A stretch of DNA of 64,000 bases, taken from assembly GCA_963803705.1 (NCBI GenBank), contig CAWDNU010000002.1, positions 32,753 through 96,752 of the forward strand, in the 5' to 3' direction. The notes below the pieces were generated by a model. The model worked only from the letters and a program-made list of their open reading frames with translations, ran no database searches and was not told the origin of the DNA. This DNA comes from an uncultured Pseudobdellovibrionaceae bacterium. Lineage in GTDB: Bacteria; Bdellovibrionota; Bdellovibrionia; Bdellovibrionales; UBA1609. The translations under genes were made by a program, and so were the position numbers. Position 1 is the stretch's first letter; each line of letters starts with the position of its first letter. Positions 30,907-41,296 of the stretch are shown here, piece by piece.

Positions 30907-31809
30907 ATGAATTTCCAGCAACTAGCAACCTATTGCACTGTGGTAAGCGAAGGCAGCATGACCGCGGCTGCGGAAAAACTTTTTTTGACTCAACCTGCAG
31001 TAAGTCAACAGATCCGAAACTTAGAAGATGAGGTTGGCTCTGAACTTCTTGTCAGGGGTGTTCGCAATGTCAAACCCACTCTTCAGGGTCAGCTTCTATA
31101 CGACTATGCAAAAAAAATTCTGCAGCTTACAGAACAGGCCGAGGTGGCTTTGCAAGCTATGTCAAACGAGTTAGATGGCGAAGTCAAAATTGGAACTTTG
31201 AATTCATTGGGTCTTTATCTGATCAGCCCGGTCATTGGTTTGTTCTTAAAGCACAATTCAAAACTACGCATTAGCTTAAACTATGCTAATACTGACCAGC
31301 TGATGAAAGATATTGGCGCTGGTAACGCTGATATTCTAATTATTCCCGAGCCTGAACCTGAGTTTGCTAGTCTATTGGAAAATTTTGATAAAAAGTATTT
31401 GATGACTGATGAAATGTGGCTCGTTGGTTCGGGCAGAGACACCTCTCTTCCGCAATCCATAGAGATGAGAGATTACAACAGCGCACCTGTTATAAGATTT
31501 AATGACAAATATCTGTCGTTTAAAAATAAACTCGAGGACAAATTAAATGCCGAGGGAATAAAAGTAGATCCTTTGTTCCAATCAGACAACGTAGGTACTT
31601 TGAAGCGAGTCATAGAAACTGGAGTCGGCTGGGGGTTTTTGCCTTCGCACAGTATAAAAAAACAAGTTCGCACAGGTCGGTTAAGTCGAGTACAGGTACA
31701 GGACATCAGTTTTTCAGCAACAATAAATATGTACTACAAAAAATCAAAAGAAGTAGAAGGCATTGTAGAAGTGTTGTACCGAGCCATTCGTCAACAAGCC
31801 CTAGGTTAA
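30907..31809 (+). CDS. LysR-family transcriptional regulator
   Basis: GSMTAAAEKLFLTQPAVSQQIRNLE HTH; substrate-binding domain. Confidence 0.95.
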   Translation: MNFQQLATYCTVVSEGSMTAAAEKLFLTQPAVSQQIRNLEDEVGSELLVRGVRNVKPTLQGQLLYDYAKKILQLTEQAEVALQAMSNELDGEVKIGTLNSLGLYLISPVIGLFLKHNSKLRISLNYANTDQLMKDIGAGNADILIIPEPEPEFASLLENFDKKYLMTDEMWLVGSGRDTSLPQSIEMRDYNSAPVIRFNDKYLSFKNKLEDKLNAEGIKVDPLFQSDNVGTLKRVIETGVGWGFLPSHSIKKQVRTGRLSRVQVQDISFSATINMYYKKSKEVEGIVEVLYRAIRQQALG

Positions 31810-31817
31810 CTTTGTCC

Positions 31818-32675
31818 TTAAAATAATGGATCCATAGGTGTTCCAAAGCGTGCAGAAACAATTCGTGCAACCTCGGCAGCAGTTTCTTCTAAAGCGCGAT
31901 CGGTAACGTTGACTACTGGCCATCTGCGATTTTTTTTAAAAATGTCGTTAGCAAAATCTATCTCTTTTTGTATTTGATCCATATTAGCATAACTGCCGCC
32001 AGGGTCTTGGCCAAAATTTTCCAACCGTTTACGCCGAATAGCTCTAAGTTTGTTTTCATCTATGGTTAATCCCACCACTTTTTTTTGATCAATTTCAAAA
32101 AGCTCTTTGGGTAGGGGTGAGCCCAGCACTAAGGGTATATTAGCCACCTTCCACCCCTTATGACTCAAAAAAATCGACAGTGGTGTTTTGCTTGTGCGGC
32201 TTATTCCTACCAGAACTATATCTGCTTCTGCTAATTGTAGCGTGGTCTTGCCGTCATCATGTCTTACAGTAAATTCAATTGCCTCTATTCTTTTGTAATA
32301 CTTGTCATCAACAGTTCGAAGAATGCCGGCCTCTGGATCAGAGGAAGATGTGGTTCCAAAAAATTGGTCCAGATTTTCAAGTAGCCCACCTAGCAGGTCG
32401 ACAGTTGGGATTTCCATTTTCCTCGATTTTTCTTGGATCTCTTTACGCATACTCTTGCTGACAAGAGTATAGACTAGAAATCCGTTCTCTTTTTCAGCTT
32501 GCTCTAAGATACGCTCTATTTGGCTTGGGTTTCTAACGTTCTTGAATCTAGACAGTTTTATGTCGATTCCCTCATATTGAACTAATGCAGCTTTAAGCAT
32601 GCCCATCGCGGTTTCACCGGTGCCATCTGAAATTACAAAAATTTTTTTATTAACAGGTGAGTTTTCATTCATCAA
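31818..32675 (-). CDS. PPDK/PEP synthase regulatory protein (kinase/pyrophosphorylase, DUF299)
   Basis: ISDGTGETA, YYKRIEAIEFTVRHDDG, GISRTSKTPLS. Confidence 0.93.
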   Translation of the reverse strand: MMNENSPVNKKIFVISDGTGETAMGMLKAALVQYEGIDIKLSRFKNVRNPSQIERILEQAEKENGFLVYTLVSKSMRKEIQEKSRKMEIPTVDLLGGLLENLDQFFGTTSSSDPEAGILRTVDDKYYKRIEAIEFTVRHDDGKTTLQLAEADIVLVGISRTSKTPLSIFLSHKGWKVANIPLVLGSPLPKELFEIDQKKVVGLTIDENKLRAIRRKRLENFGQDPGGSYANMDQIQKEIDFANDIFKKNRRWPVVNVTDRALEETAAEVARIVSARFGTPMDPLF

Positions 32676-33154
32676 AGTTTATCTGGTTCGCAGGTTATAA
32701 TCTCTAAATTTAAGCCTTCTAAATCACCTTGAGCTTTTTCTAAGCCTTTGATGAACTCTTGAATTTGATTCTGACCCCAAAATATGCGGATTTTGTCAGT
32801 GTCTAATTGCTCTGATTTTCTCTTTAAGTCTTTCAACCAGAAGCTTAAGCCCTTAGAAACGTCAATAGCTAGAACTGCCCTGTTTGGAAAGACATTTTTG
32901 GTATCTACTAAAATATCATTTGAAATAAGATCTAAGCTTTCTTTGAATGGTAAAGTTTCTTTTTTGACAATATCTTTTAGGGTAGCTGAAAAACAAGGCT
33001 TTTTCTTATAAGACCAAACGGTAAGCTGCGACGAGCAGTACCAATTTAGTTTTTTAAACCAAGAACAATTAGGCGAAGAAGGAACGACCCAAAGATCTGA
33101 ACCTGGGCTATAGCAAGCTGATAAATAAGAAATTTCTTTTATCATTCTGGCCAC
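32672..33154 (-). CDS. Hypothetical protein in the nrdR-nusB operon
   Basis: ORF overlapping both neighbours on the same strand. Confidence 0.65.
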   Translation of the reverse strand: MARMIKEISYLSACYSPGSDLWVVPSSPNCSWFKKLNWYCSSQLTVWSYKKKPCFSATLKDIVKKETLPFKESLDLISNDILVDTKNVFPNRAVLAIDVSKGLSFWLKDLKRKSEQLDTDKIRIFWGQNQIQEFIKGLEKAQGDLEGLNLEIITCEPDKL

Positions 33155-33564
33155 TCCGATCCGTCAAAAAACTTTTTGGTCCACTGATCTAACAAGCCAT
33201 TTATAAAGCCAATTGAATCTTTAGAACTATAAACTTTAGCAATTTCAAGAATTTCATTTATAACTACTTTAGGAGCAGTAATTTTTAGCTCAATCTCGGC
33301 AATAGCCATCCTAATAAGCAGTAAGTCAACTAGCGCAAGCCGCTCGATTTTCCAATTATCACTAAAAGTACTTATTGTTTCGTCGATTTTAATTTTATTT
33401 TCTAAAATATAAAAAGTTACCTGTTCAATAAATTCAATATCGTTAATTTCGGTTTTTATAAAATGAGATTTAAAAGTTTCAAAGTTGGCTTTCGGCTGAG
33501 TCAAAAATTCTTGTTGAAACAGAAACTTTAACCCATTTTCCCTAGAGTTTCTTCTTATACCCAT
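33142..33564 (-). CDS. nusB: Transcription antitermination factor NusB
   Basis: RRNSRE, NWKIERL, KVVINE..EIAK, FINGLLD. Confidence 0.92.
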   Translation of the reverse strand: MGIRRNSRENGLKFLFQQEFLTQPKANFETFKSHFIKTEINDIEFIEQVTFYILENKIKIDETISTFSDNWKIERLALVDLLLIRMAIAEIELKITAPKVVINEILEIAKVYSSKDSIGFINGLLDQWTKKFFDGSEWPE

Positions 33565-34010
33565 TGAGTATCTCCGCCGATGTTCTCCACAAATTCGTTC
33601 ACTTCTTTAAATGTCATATATACGCTTGCAAAACGCACATAGGCCACCTGATCTAATTTTTTTAAATCGTACATAACATAACGACCAATCAATTCAGATA
33701 ATATTTCCTTTTCGCCACGTTGTAGAAGTTTATTACTAATACTATCAACCACAGCTTCAATTTGGGATTGTGCGATTGGACGCTTCTGGCAGGCTGCCAT
33801 GATGCCACTTAAAAGCTTATCTTTTGAAAACCTCTCTCTTCGTCCATCTTTTTTGAAAATCATCGGATACTCTAACTCCAGGACTTCGTGGGTCGTAAGT
33901 CTAGATTTACAGTTTAAACATTCACGTCGACGTTTTATGGCGTGGCCAGTCTTACTGACCCGGGTTTCTAAAACACGAGTATCTTTGGAACCACAGTATG
34001 GACATTGCAT
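33555..34010 (-). CDS. nrdR: Transcriptional repressor NrdR
   Basis: CPYC...KRRRECLNC zinc ribbon; ATP cone; VAYVRFASVY. Confidence 0.96.
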   Translation of the reverse strand: MQCPYCGSKDTRVLETRVSKTGHAIKRRRECLNCKSRLTTHEVLELEYPMIFKKDGRRERFSKDKLLSGIMAACQKRPIAQSQIEAVVDSISNKLLQRGEKEILSELIGRYVMYDLKKLDQVAYVRFASVYMTFKEVNEFVENIGGDTQWV

Positions 34011-34102
34011 TTAGATTTACTCCTGGGACAAACTCAAAAAATAGATAGATATTGGTCTGACGTCAAGGTGACGCCTTAGCATTAAATCCCTAAAATAAGG
34101 TA

Positions 34103-34825
34103 ATGGGTAAAAGGTTTATAAAATTTCTTTTTCTGTGCTTTGCATTTCTATTGACAGGAAATGTACATGCTGAAACTAAAGCATATAACAAAGCTCAAAA
34201 ATTTTTTTTTGAAAGTAAAAAGGCAACTTTAAACTACTTGAAAACTGGAAAGGGCTTACAGCCACTTAACCAAGGTCGCAACACTGCTTCTAGACGGCCT
34301 TATAATTCTGCTGCTAAAAATAATTTGCAGTATAATGTTCCACAAAAAAATGAACTTAGATTTCTACCAACAAAAGCACTATATTTTTCGATTTTATCCA
34401 ACACTATAAACGACCAAGTACAGGACAACCCCGAGTATGGTTTAAGCGTAGCGATATCAATTCCAGTTTACTCACCAAATTCATTTTTTAGTTCGGAATT
34501 TCAGTTTTCTGGAGACATTAAAAACGCAGGGGACTGGGGCCAGGTCCAGGTTTTGCAAAAAGAAGCTCTTTCCATATACAGAAATGCCGCGGCTCAGGTT
34601 GAGTTTTTTATAGGCATGGGCTTTGGGTATGGACATGGATCAAGGTTTGAGTCGGATCAAAGGTTTTACGCACCTTGGGCCACTGGGATTCAATGGAGCA
34701 AAACCAACTTAAATGACAAGGTCTTTTACCGTTTCGAGTTCGGATGGACCGGGGATTTTTTCTTTTTAAACAACAATTACAATCAAGGTCTTTTAGCAAA
34801 CGTTAGTCTAGGCTATAAGTTATAA
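34103..34825 (+). CDS. Hypothetical outer-membrane beta-barrel protein
   Basis: Signal peptide; amphipathic strands; C-terminal SLGYKL. Confidence 0.55.
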   Translation: MGKRFIKFLFLCFAFLLTGNVHAETKAYNKAQKFFFESKKATLNYLKTGKGLQPLNQGRNTASRRPYNSAAKNNLQYNVPQKNELRFLPTKALYFSILSNTINDQVQDNPEYGLSVAISIPVYSPNSFFSSEFQFSGDIKNAGDWGQVQVLQKEALSIYRNAAAQVEFFIGMGFGYGHGSRFESDQRFYAPWATGIQWSKTNLNDKVFYRFEFGWTGDFFFLNNNYNQGLLANVSLGYKL

Positions 34826-36076
34826 ATGAAATTTTATCGTCCCTTATTCATCGCGCTCGTTGATTGTTTAGAACAAACCATTAATCATAGTAAGGTCTCG
34901 ACCCGTGTGCTTGAGATGACTTTCCAGAAAAACAAAAAATGGGGAAGTAAAGACAGAAAGAATTTTGCTGAATCGTTCTATGCTATTGTGAAGTGGCAAT
35001 TGCTTATAAAAAAAATTCTTGAGTCGAAAAATACTGAGTTGGCACAAAGCTGGAACACTATTGCTGTCTACTATTTAACATCCCAAGGTTTTGTCTGCGA
35101 ATATTCAAGCGAGATGGACGAAGTCACAACTAGCTTAGTGGAAGAAGCTATTTTAATTGGAAAAGAACAGCCTTTGAACATTAACAATTTATCTGAACTG
35201 AAAGGTTTTAAGGAACTATCCTTAGATCAACTTTACTCATTTCCGAAAGAACTACATGTGAGACTTGAGCAGGAGGGTATTTCTTTAAAATCATTTTATG
35301 AGGAGTCTCAAGCTCAGGCTCCACTTTTTGTAAGAGCAAACACACATGTTAATACAGTTGCCGAACTAAAGAAGTATTTAGAGGAAGAAAACATATTAAG
35401 TGAATTCGTTGAGCTAGCTCCCTATGGCTTGAGAATAGATAAAAAAAGCAATGTGTTCAGAACAAAAGCTTTTAAAGAAGGGCGCTTTGAAGTCCAGGAC
35501 GGCGGATCTCAGCAAATTTCTGTTTTCTCACAGCCCAAAGCTGGTGACTTCATCATCGACGCCTGTGCTGGCGGCGGGGGTAAGTCCTTGCATTTGTCTA
35601 ATCTTGTAGACAACAAAGGGCGCGTACTAGCAATGGACATACACGGATGGAAACTTGAAGAACTAAGAAAACGAGCCCGAAGAAATCTTTGCCACAACAT
35701 TGAAGCCAGACTTATAGATGGGACTAAGACTATAAAGCGTCTAAAGGATAAAGCAGATCTTTTGCTTTTAGACGTACCCTGCTCGGGTTCAGGAGTTTAC
35801 AGAAGAAATCCAGACGCAAAGTACAAGTGGACGGAGCAAAGCTCATACGAAATTTTAGAGCTTCAGAAAACGATTTTTTTAGGTTACTCCTCTATGGTAA
35901 AAAGTGGAGGCAGGCTAGTTTATTCAACTTGTAGCGTACTACCGTCAGAAAACCGTAAACAAGTCGAGAATTTTTTAAGCGCTAATTCTAATTGGAAGTT
36001 ACAATCAGAGAAAACTATAGCAGTCGGAGAGAATAAATTTGATGGTTATTACATGGCTCTTCTAAGTAAAAACTGA
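34826..36076 (+). CDS. RsmB/NOP-family RNA m5C methyltransferase
   Basis: EVQDGGSQ, DACAGGGGKS, DVPCSGSG..RRNPD, YSTCS..PSEN. Confidence 0.92.
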   Translation: MKFYRPLFIALVDCLEQTINHSKVSTRVLEMTFQKNKKWGSKDRKNFAESFYAIVKWQLLIKKILESKNTELAQSWNTIAVYYLTSQGFVCEYSSEMDEVTTSLVEEAILIGKEQPLNINNLSELKGFKELSLDQLYSFPKELHVRLEQEGISLKSFYEESQAQAPLFVRANTHVNTVAELKKYLEEENILSEFVELAPYGLRIDKKSNVFRTKAFKEGRFEVQDGGSQQISVFSQPKAGDFIIDACAGGGGKSLHLSNLVDNKGRVLAMDIHGWKLEELRKRARRNLCHNIEARLIDGTKTIKRLKDKADLLLLDVPCSGSGVYRRNPDAKYKWTEQSSYEILELQKTIFLGYSSMVKSGGRLVYSTCSVLPSENRKQVENFLSANSNWKLQSEKTIAVGENKFDGYYMALLSKN

Positions 36077-36122
36077 AGCCTTGGGCCTTGAGAAATAATA
36101 AAAGAAAGGTCACAATATAATC

Positions 36123-36569
36123 ATGGGTAATGCAGAGACTATTTTACAGTACAACGGATTTTTATTAATATTTAGTGCCATCGGTTTTCTACTATCTTTA
36201 ATGTGGGTTTTGCTGGCCGAAAAAAGTAAGCGCAGTTCTGATGACGGTCATTTGACTGATAAAGACTTGTTTGATGAGCAAGTCTTTTATGATGAGTTTG
36301 AGAATATCGAAAATCCATCAAAAAATTTAAAACCTATTTTCGAAAATATATCTCCCGTCAATGATGAGACAACAATTAGTAATTCTAACCAGACTCAAAA
36401 AAGCTTTTCCAAAGAAAAAAATCTTCCCTCGTTTCCAACTTTAAAAAAAGAGATCGAGGATACCCTTGAAAGTAAGCCCTCGCAGGACAGTGGCGTAAAT
36501 GATCTTTTAGGTGAAATAAAAAAAGAAATTAAGAACAACACTAAAGGAAGAAGACGCAAAAAAAAATAA
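36123..36569 (+). CDS. Hypothetical single-pass membrane protein
   Basis: N-terminal TM; acidic then basic low-complexity tail. Confidence 0.55.
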   Translation: MGNAETILQYNGFLLIFSAIGFLLSLMWVLLAEKSKRSSDDGHLTDKDLFDEQVFYDEFENIENPSKNLKPIFENISPVNDETTISNSNQTQKSFSKEKNLPSFPTLKKEIEDTLESKPSQDSGVNDLLGEIKKEIKNNTKGRRRKKK

Positions 36570-36594
36570 ATACCAATATAGTTAAGGTGAAGTT

Positions 36595-37254
36595 ATGTCT
36601 AGACTTTTTTTATTAATTTTTTTAGGTTTCTTTTCATTTGCTGTTAAAGCGGATATTGCGAATATTTCGGGCTCAAATGACTATGATATTGCCGAAGGTC
36701 TTACTTATAAAGACTTATATAGAGATTACATTTCGATGGACCAAAAGTGGGTACTTTTTAAAAAAATCAGAGCAGGAAACCCAAAGTTCGCAAAGAAAGT
36801 TTATTTGTCATGCATACAGTCTTTGGACTGGTTCCTGCGATCTGGAGGCCTGCAATTTTTAGCTTCTCTTGATCCAGAGCTTGCTCGTCCAAAAGCTTTG
36901 CAGCTTTTAAATGAAGACCCAGCTTTGATGGTACGCTCGGCAGCTTTAAGTGTTCTTGAAAGTATAGGCCTAAATAAGCATAAAAATGAGTTGTGGACAG
37001 TTCTAAAAGATGCAAAAAATTTTCACAAGGGTCACAGCTTGTGGATCAGAAAAGAAATTGCAAAAAATCTTTTAAAAATAACTAATCCCGAAGATAGTCA
37101 TCTTTGGGTGACTTTATTAGGTGATAAAGATCCTGGAGTGGTTACTTTTTCTATTCAAGCTTTAGAAAAATATAGTGGCTACGTCATGGGTAAAGCCTCT
37201 GACTCAATGGACGTAAAAGCAGATCTTTGGCGGCAAAAGTATAAAATCAATTAA
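36595..37254 (+). CDS. Secreted HEAT-repeat protein
   Basis: Signal peptide; DWFLRSGG, DPALMVRSAA and DKDPGVV HEAT-like repeats. Confidence 0.7.
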   Translation: MSRLFLLIFLGFFSFAVKADIANISGSNDYDIAEGLTYKDLYRDYISMDQKWVLFKKIRAGNPKFAKKVYLSCIQSLDWFLRSGGLQFLASLDPELARPKALQLLNEDPALMVRSAALSVLESIGLNKHKNELWTVLKDAKNFHKGHSLWIRKEIAKNLLKITNPEDSHLWVTLLGDKDPGVVTFSIQALEKYSGYVMGKASDSMDVKADLWRQKYKIN

Positions 37255-37297
37255 AGTCTAAATTAAGACTGCATAAAACTTAACGAGAGGTCATAAC

Positions 37298-37621
37298 ATG
37301 AAAATTTTAAACTCTTCGATTAAAACTTCGCAATTTGAAATCCCCAAGCTAGGTCTTGGAACTTGGCAGTTAGAAAATGAAAACTGCTCGAACATCGTAT
37401 GCAAGGCCTTATACGACACCACCCCATCTGCACTAACGCTAGCTTGGCTTATGACTAAAGATGGGGTGGCTGCTATTCCTAAATCATCATGCGTTATGCA
37501 CTTAAAGTCTAATCTAGATAGCCTAACTCTTAAAATAGCTGATGAAGATATTAAAACCTTAGATCAGTTGGCAAAAGTTAATCAAAGAATGATTGATCCG
37601 GATTTTGCGCCAACATGGTAG
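37298..37621 (+). pseudogene. Aldo/keto reductase with a large in-frame internal deletion
   Basis: N-terminal IPKLGLGTWQL fused directly to C-terminal TPSALTLAWL...AIPKSS...NL; only 107 aa, catalytic core absent. Confidence 0.8.
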
Positions 37622-38403
37622 AGCAGTTTTTAACCTTATATCAGATTTTAAAATGCTGGAGCTTATTCTTCTTTATAATTACTGTGACTATTACTGCACA
37701 GGCAGCTAAACTAAAAGTTGAACAGTCAAACTTTGTGCAAGACCTTATAAAAGGTGCTGAAAAAACCGCTGACTACGGTAAGCAAGGTCTTAAGAAAGTT
37801 AATGAAATTAGAAAAAAGAATCCAGACCTACGATCTTCTCGGCCTCACAATATTATGGCGTCGTTTACAGGAACAGCTACATGGATACCTGCAAAACTTG
37901 GTATAAGCTACACCTATAGTCCAGATGCAACCGAGAGCTGGGAAATCTCTTTTAACAGAGGAAAAATATCTACACCCTTTTTTATTCCTGATTTAGGAAG
38001 TATTTCAGATTCTCATATTTCACTTTTGTATAGGTCATATTCAAATCGTAATAGCTTTTCAATTATATATGGGCTGAATTACTATGAATTTGATGCTCAC
38101 CTTAGTCGAAAGTATTTATCTTCTATAAGCAGTGGTGACCCCTCTGATTTCAATGTTCTAAATGTACAATCTATAGGTGCGACAGTAGGTTTAGGGAATC
38201 GGTGGCAATTTGAAAATGGCTTATCACTGGGCGTAGATTGGTTTCATCTGAATGTACCATTAAACGTTTTTAAGACAAAAGCTGCTTATTTATCTTCAGA
38301 TGCGGATCAAGCTGACAAAAATGAAATTGAAAATGTATTAGATATTTTGAAACGGGTTCCTACCTTCGATTTTTTGAAACTTCAAATAGGTTACACCTTT
38401 TAA
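37615..38403 (+). CDS. Hypothetical outer-membrane beta-barrel protein
   Basis: Signal-like segment; GLGNRWQF..G.SLGVDWF; C-terminal IGYTF. Confidence 0.6.
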   Translation: MVEQFLTLYQILKCWSLFFFIITVTITAQAAKLKVEQSNFVQDLIKGAEKTADYGKQGLKKVNEIRKKNPDLRSSRPHNIMASFTGTATWIPAKLGISYTYSPDATESWEISFNRGKISTPFFIPDLGSISDSHISLLYRSYSNRNSFSIIYGLNYYEFDAHLSRKYLSSISSGDPSDFNVLNVQSIGATVGLGNRWQFENGLSLGVDWFHLNVPLNVFKTKAAYLSSDADQADKNEIENVLDILKRVPTFDFLKLQIGYTF

Positions 38404-38464
38404 AATTTTTAAAGCTCAATAAATAAAATGAAATGAAATATTCATTGGGATCGTCAGCTAACTT

Positions 38465-38947
38465 TTAGTTAATTTCTACGCGATTTAAAATCTGGTTAAT
38501 TTCAATCTCTCGTTTGATCTTATAAACTAGTCGAAGCTCTTCCCAGGGCTCAATTACAATAGACCTCTCTGAACCAAGAAAATCCATGGTGACCGTAGAT
38601 TTTTTTAATATCTGCAGTTGGGTGCGGGTCGAACTGGGTTTGTAGAATTGAAAAGTAAGTGTTTGACTATAATTATCCTCTATTTTTTTTTCGAATGGAG
38701 GCTGCCAGAACTGCCCAGGTTTTAAGGGTGTTGTTCTTATTAACCCTGCTCTTTTATCGTTGGTCTCTAAAGGGTAAGATCCCAGCACCACCTGAGCGGC
38801 TCCCCATACGTCCTTATACTTATAATTAAAAGTGTAGTTTTTTTTACTAGTGGTGTCTGACGAATTCGAAAAAGCTGTAGCTGTCAAAAATTGAAAAATT
38901 AGAAAAAGAAGAGCTTTATCGAACAAAGTCATTTTATAAATAAACAC
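38465..38947 (-). CDS. Hypothetical secreted protein
   Basis: Signal peptide; VWGAAQVVL..YPL; GLIRT. Confidence 0.55.
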   Translation of the reverse strand: MFIYKMTLFDKALLFLIFQFLTATAFSNSSDTTSKKNYTFNYKYKDVWGAAQVVLGSYPLETNDKRAGLIRTTPLKPGQFWQPPFEKKIEDNYSQTLTFQFYKPSSTRTQLQILKKSTVTMDFLGSERSIVIEPWEELRLVYKIKREIEINQILNRVEIN

Positions 38948-40115
38948 TGTTTCGAGTTACAAAATCTGAGATCTTAAAGAGCTCATTTGAATCAACGGGG
39001 ATGGATGCCATATCACCAGCAAACAAAGTTAAGTCTACCCTATAATTACGATCTGATCTTTTTTGAAAATTGAGCCCTTTCAGGTCAATACTTGCAGGCC
39101 ATGAACCTAAAAAAACCTTGTTAAGAACTTTTATTTCATCACCAGAGCCATTTATTTCTACGACACTAATCGAAGCACCATATTCGCTTAATCCATCACT
39201 AGAAGGCAAATTGTAAACAATTACATCGGAAATCAACCTTATATTATCGATAAATCCCAACAGCTTATTGGTCCATAGATTCATGCTTCGAAGCTGAAAG
39301 CTCATTCTATGTTTAAGTTTTGAAGTCGATTCGGAATCAGCGAACGATTCATGGATCAAACCACTAAAAATTTGAGTGTCTAACCCTGTTACCTTAAAAG
39401 ATTTTTGTTTATTCCTAGGAAGAATCGTTAAGTTATTGGCCAACATAATATCTGACTTTTTATCTAGGGCTACAACAACAAAGCTGTAGTCTTGATCGAA
39501 TTGAGTCGGAGAAGTTATCGTAATTTTATCAGAGTGTTTTTCTAGTCCTGCTTCTAAGTTTAATTCAATAGTTTTTACATCATCCGTCACATCCAAAACA
39601 TAATCTGAAAACGATAAAATATTGAACCTGTCAGCTAATTTTAGCAGAGGCTGGTCGTTTCTAAAACCCTTCACCACATCTTGAAAAGGGAATTGACCAT
39701 GTATCAGAACTAAACTTGTATCCTGATTTTTTTCGAACTGAACTTGGTAACTTGGTTTTTCCAAATTAATAGATAAAATGTATCTTTCTTTTTGCTTTGG
39801 TAATGCAACATTTGAAGGAACTAAAATATCATTACCAATGATAGAAATAGAGTCAAACCGGGTACTCATTAAGTCTTTCAGCTCGATTTGAAATAAGTCA
39901 GATCTTTTGAAGCTTTTGAGCACTAAACCAAAATCAGCAATGCCATCTCTTTTAAGCATTCCAAATCCAAAGGCATCTCCGTAAACCGTTAACCCGCTAT
40001 TTGGCTGACTTGCAGTGAGGCTTGCGATCTTTTGGCGAGGGAAGTCTGTGCCGTTTTTACAACTCATTAAATTAAGGGATAAAAATAACAGGCTAACAAG
40101 ACATAACCCACTCAT
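38934..40115 (-). CDS. Hypothetical lipoprotein
   Basis: Lipobox-like LMSC; GGAGG RBS upstream. Confidence 0.65.
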   Translation of the reverse strand: MSGLCLVSLLFLSLNLMSCKNGTDFPRQKIASLTASQPNSGLTVYGDAFGFGMLKRDGIADFGLVLKSFKRSDLFQIELKDLMSTRFDSISIIGNDILVPSNVALPKQKERYILSINLEKPSYQVQFEKNQDTSLVLIHGQFPFQDVVKGFRNDQPLLKLADRFNILSFSDYVLDVTDDVKTIELNLEAGLEKHSDKITITSPTQFDQDYSFVVVALDKKSDIMLANNLTILPRNKQKSFKVTGLDTQIFSGLIHESFADSESTSKLKHRMSFQLRSMNLWTNKLLGFIDNIRLISDVIVYNLPSSDGLSEYGASISVVEINGSGDEIKVLNKVFLGSWPASIDLKGLNFQKRSDRNYRVDLTLFAGDMASIPVDSNELFKISDFVTRNSVYL

Positions 40116-40226
40116 AATGCCCTCCGTGACAAATGTTTACCCATAACCCGATACTCAGCTATGATTTTATAACCTAAATGCAAGTATTCAAGCTCTAAAA
40201 AGATCTATACTTTAGTCGTCAAAAAT

Positions 40227-41024
40227 TTAAAAAATTGATTTTGAAGCACCTTCTCCGGTCACAAACACCGAAGCACTTTGTTGGACTTCATTTAGAAAGT
40301 TTTTCAATTGCCATTGGACATCGACTTGCATTCCAGCAATGGGATCGTCCTTAGTGCCCATGTTAACTAGGGATGCGACTTCAACACTGGCGTTGAACTC
40401 TTGCATCCAAAACGCGTAGACATCTGAAGGAAAAACTTGAACATGAGTCAGGTATTTACCTTTTCCATTCAATGAACCACCGTAAGTGAAAATAACGTCG
40501 AACTGAAACTTTGCAAGCGAAAAACCAAAGGCATTATCGAATTTAGTCTTAACCCTAAAAACGTTTGGCATTTGCCAAGTTTCCAATTCATCCCAGCATT
40601 TGACGCCCTGGGGAAGTGCATTTGCTGAGGGGCCGACATTAATATTAATCACAGGTTTACCTGCCTTCACAATAGTCCAAATTTTCGATCCTATATTTAT
40701 TAATCCATCGACTATCTTATTACCCTCATCAACTATATCTGTTACATCTTTGGCCATCTCTTTGTAAGGGGTAACCGGAGAAGCATCCCCAGTGTCAAAT
40801 ATGCTACCAAGATTAGTATCCTGACAGCTAATGTGTTGGTTACCCATTAGTTTCAAAATGTTTTGGTACTCAGTTGGGCTAACGTCAACGACCTCAGTTT
40901 TGCTGTCTGTGACCCTGAAAAATTCTTCGTTGTAAGATGGCTTTGCTAGCGAAATAGCTGCGCCAAAAGTGATTAAAAAAACACTTAAAGATGCAATTTT
41001 TTTTATATCCTTTACAAATAACAT
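40227..41024 (-). CDS. Hypothetical secreted protein
   Basis: Signal peptide; IINIG.KIW-like segment, YGG...GKGKYL; strong GGGGG RBS. Confidence 0.65.
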   Translation of the reverse strand: MLFVKDIKKIASLSVFLITFGAAISLAKPSYNEEFFRVTDSKTEVVDVSPTEYQNILKLMGNQHISCQDTNLGSIFDTGDASPVTPYKEMAKDVTDIVDEGNKIVDGLINIGSKIWTIVKAGKPVININVGPSANALPQGVKCWDELETWQMPNVFRVKTKFDNAFGFSLAKFQFDVIFTYGGSLNGKGKYLTHVQVFPSDVYAFWMQEFNASVEVASLVNMGTKDDPIAGMQVDVQWQLKNFLNEVQQSASVFVTGEGASKSIF

Positions 41025-41296
41025 ATTAAAATCCCCCCGGACTTAAGGCTCGTCAATGAGCTCAGGTTAAATTGTCATAAGATTTAGGCAGTCTGGTCAA
41101 GGTTGATTGGCAATTAAACAGGTTCATATTGCGTCGCGCTCTGAGTTTGACACAAATATGACGGTTTACTTTTTTTGAAAAACCTTGCCAATCATGATCT
41201 CCAAGAACTTTTATAGCTTTCGACTGGCCCACTTTGATCTTTGCATCTTGAAGAGATATAAGCAGAGGGTATAAACACTCATCTCTAGGATTTATA

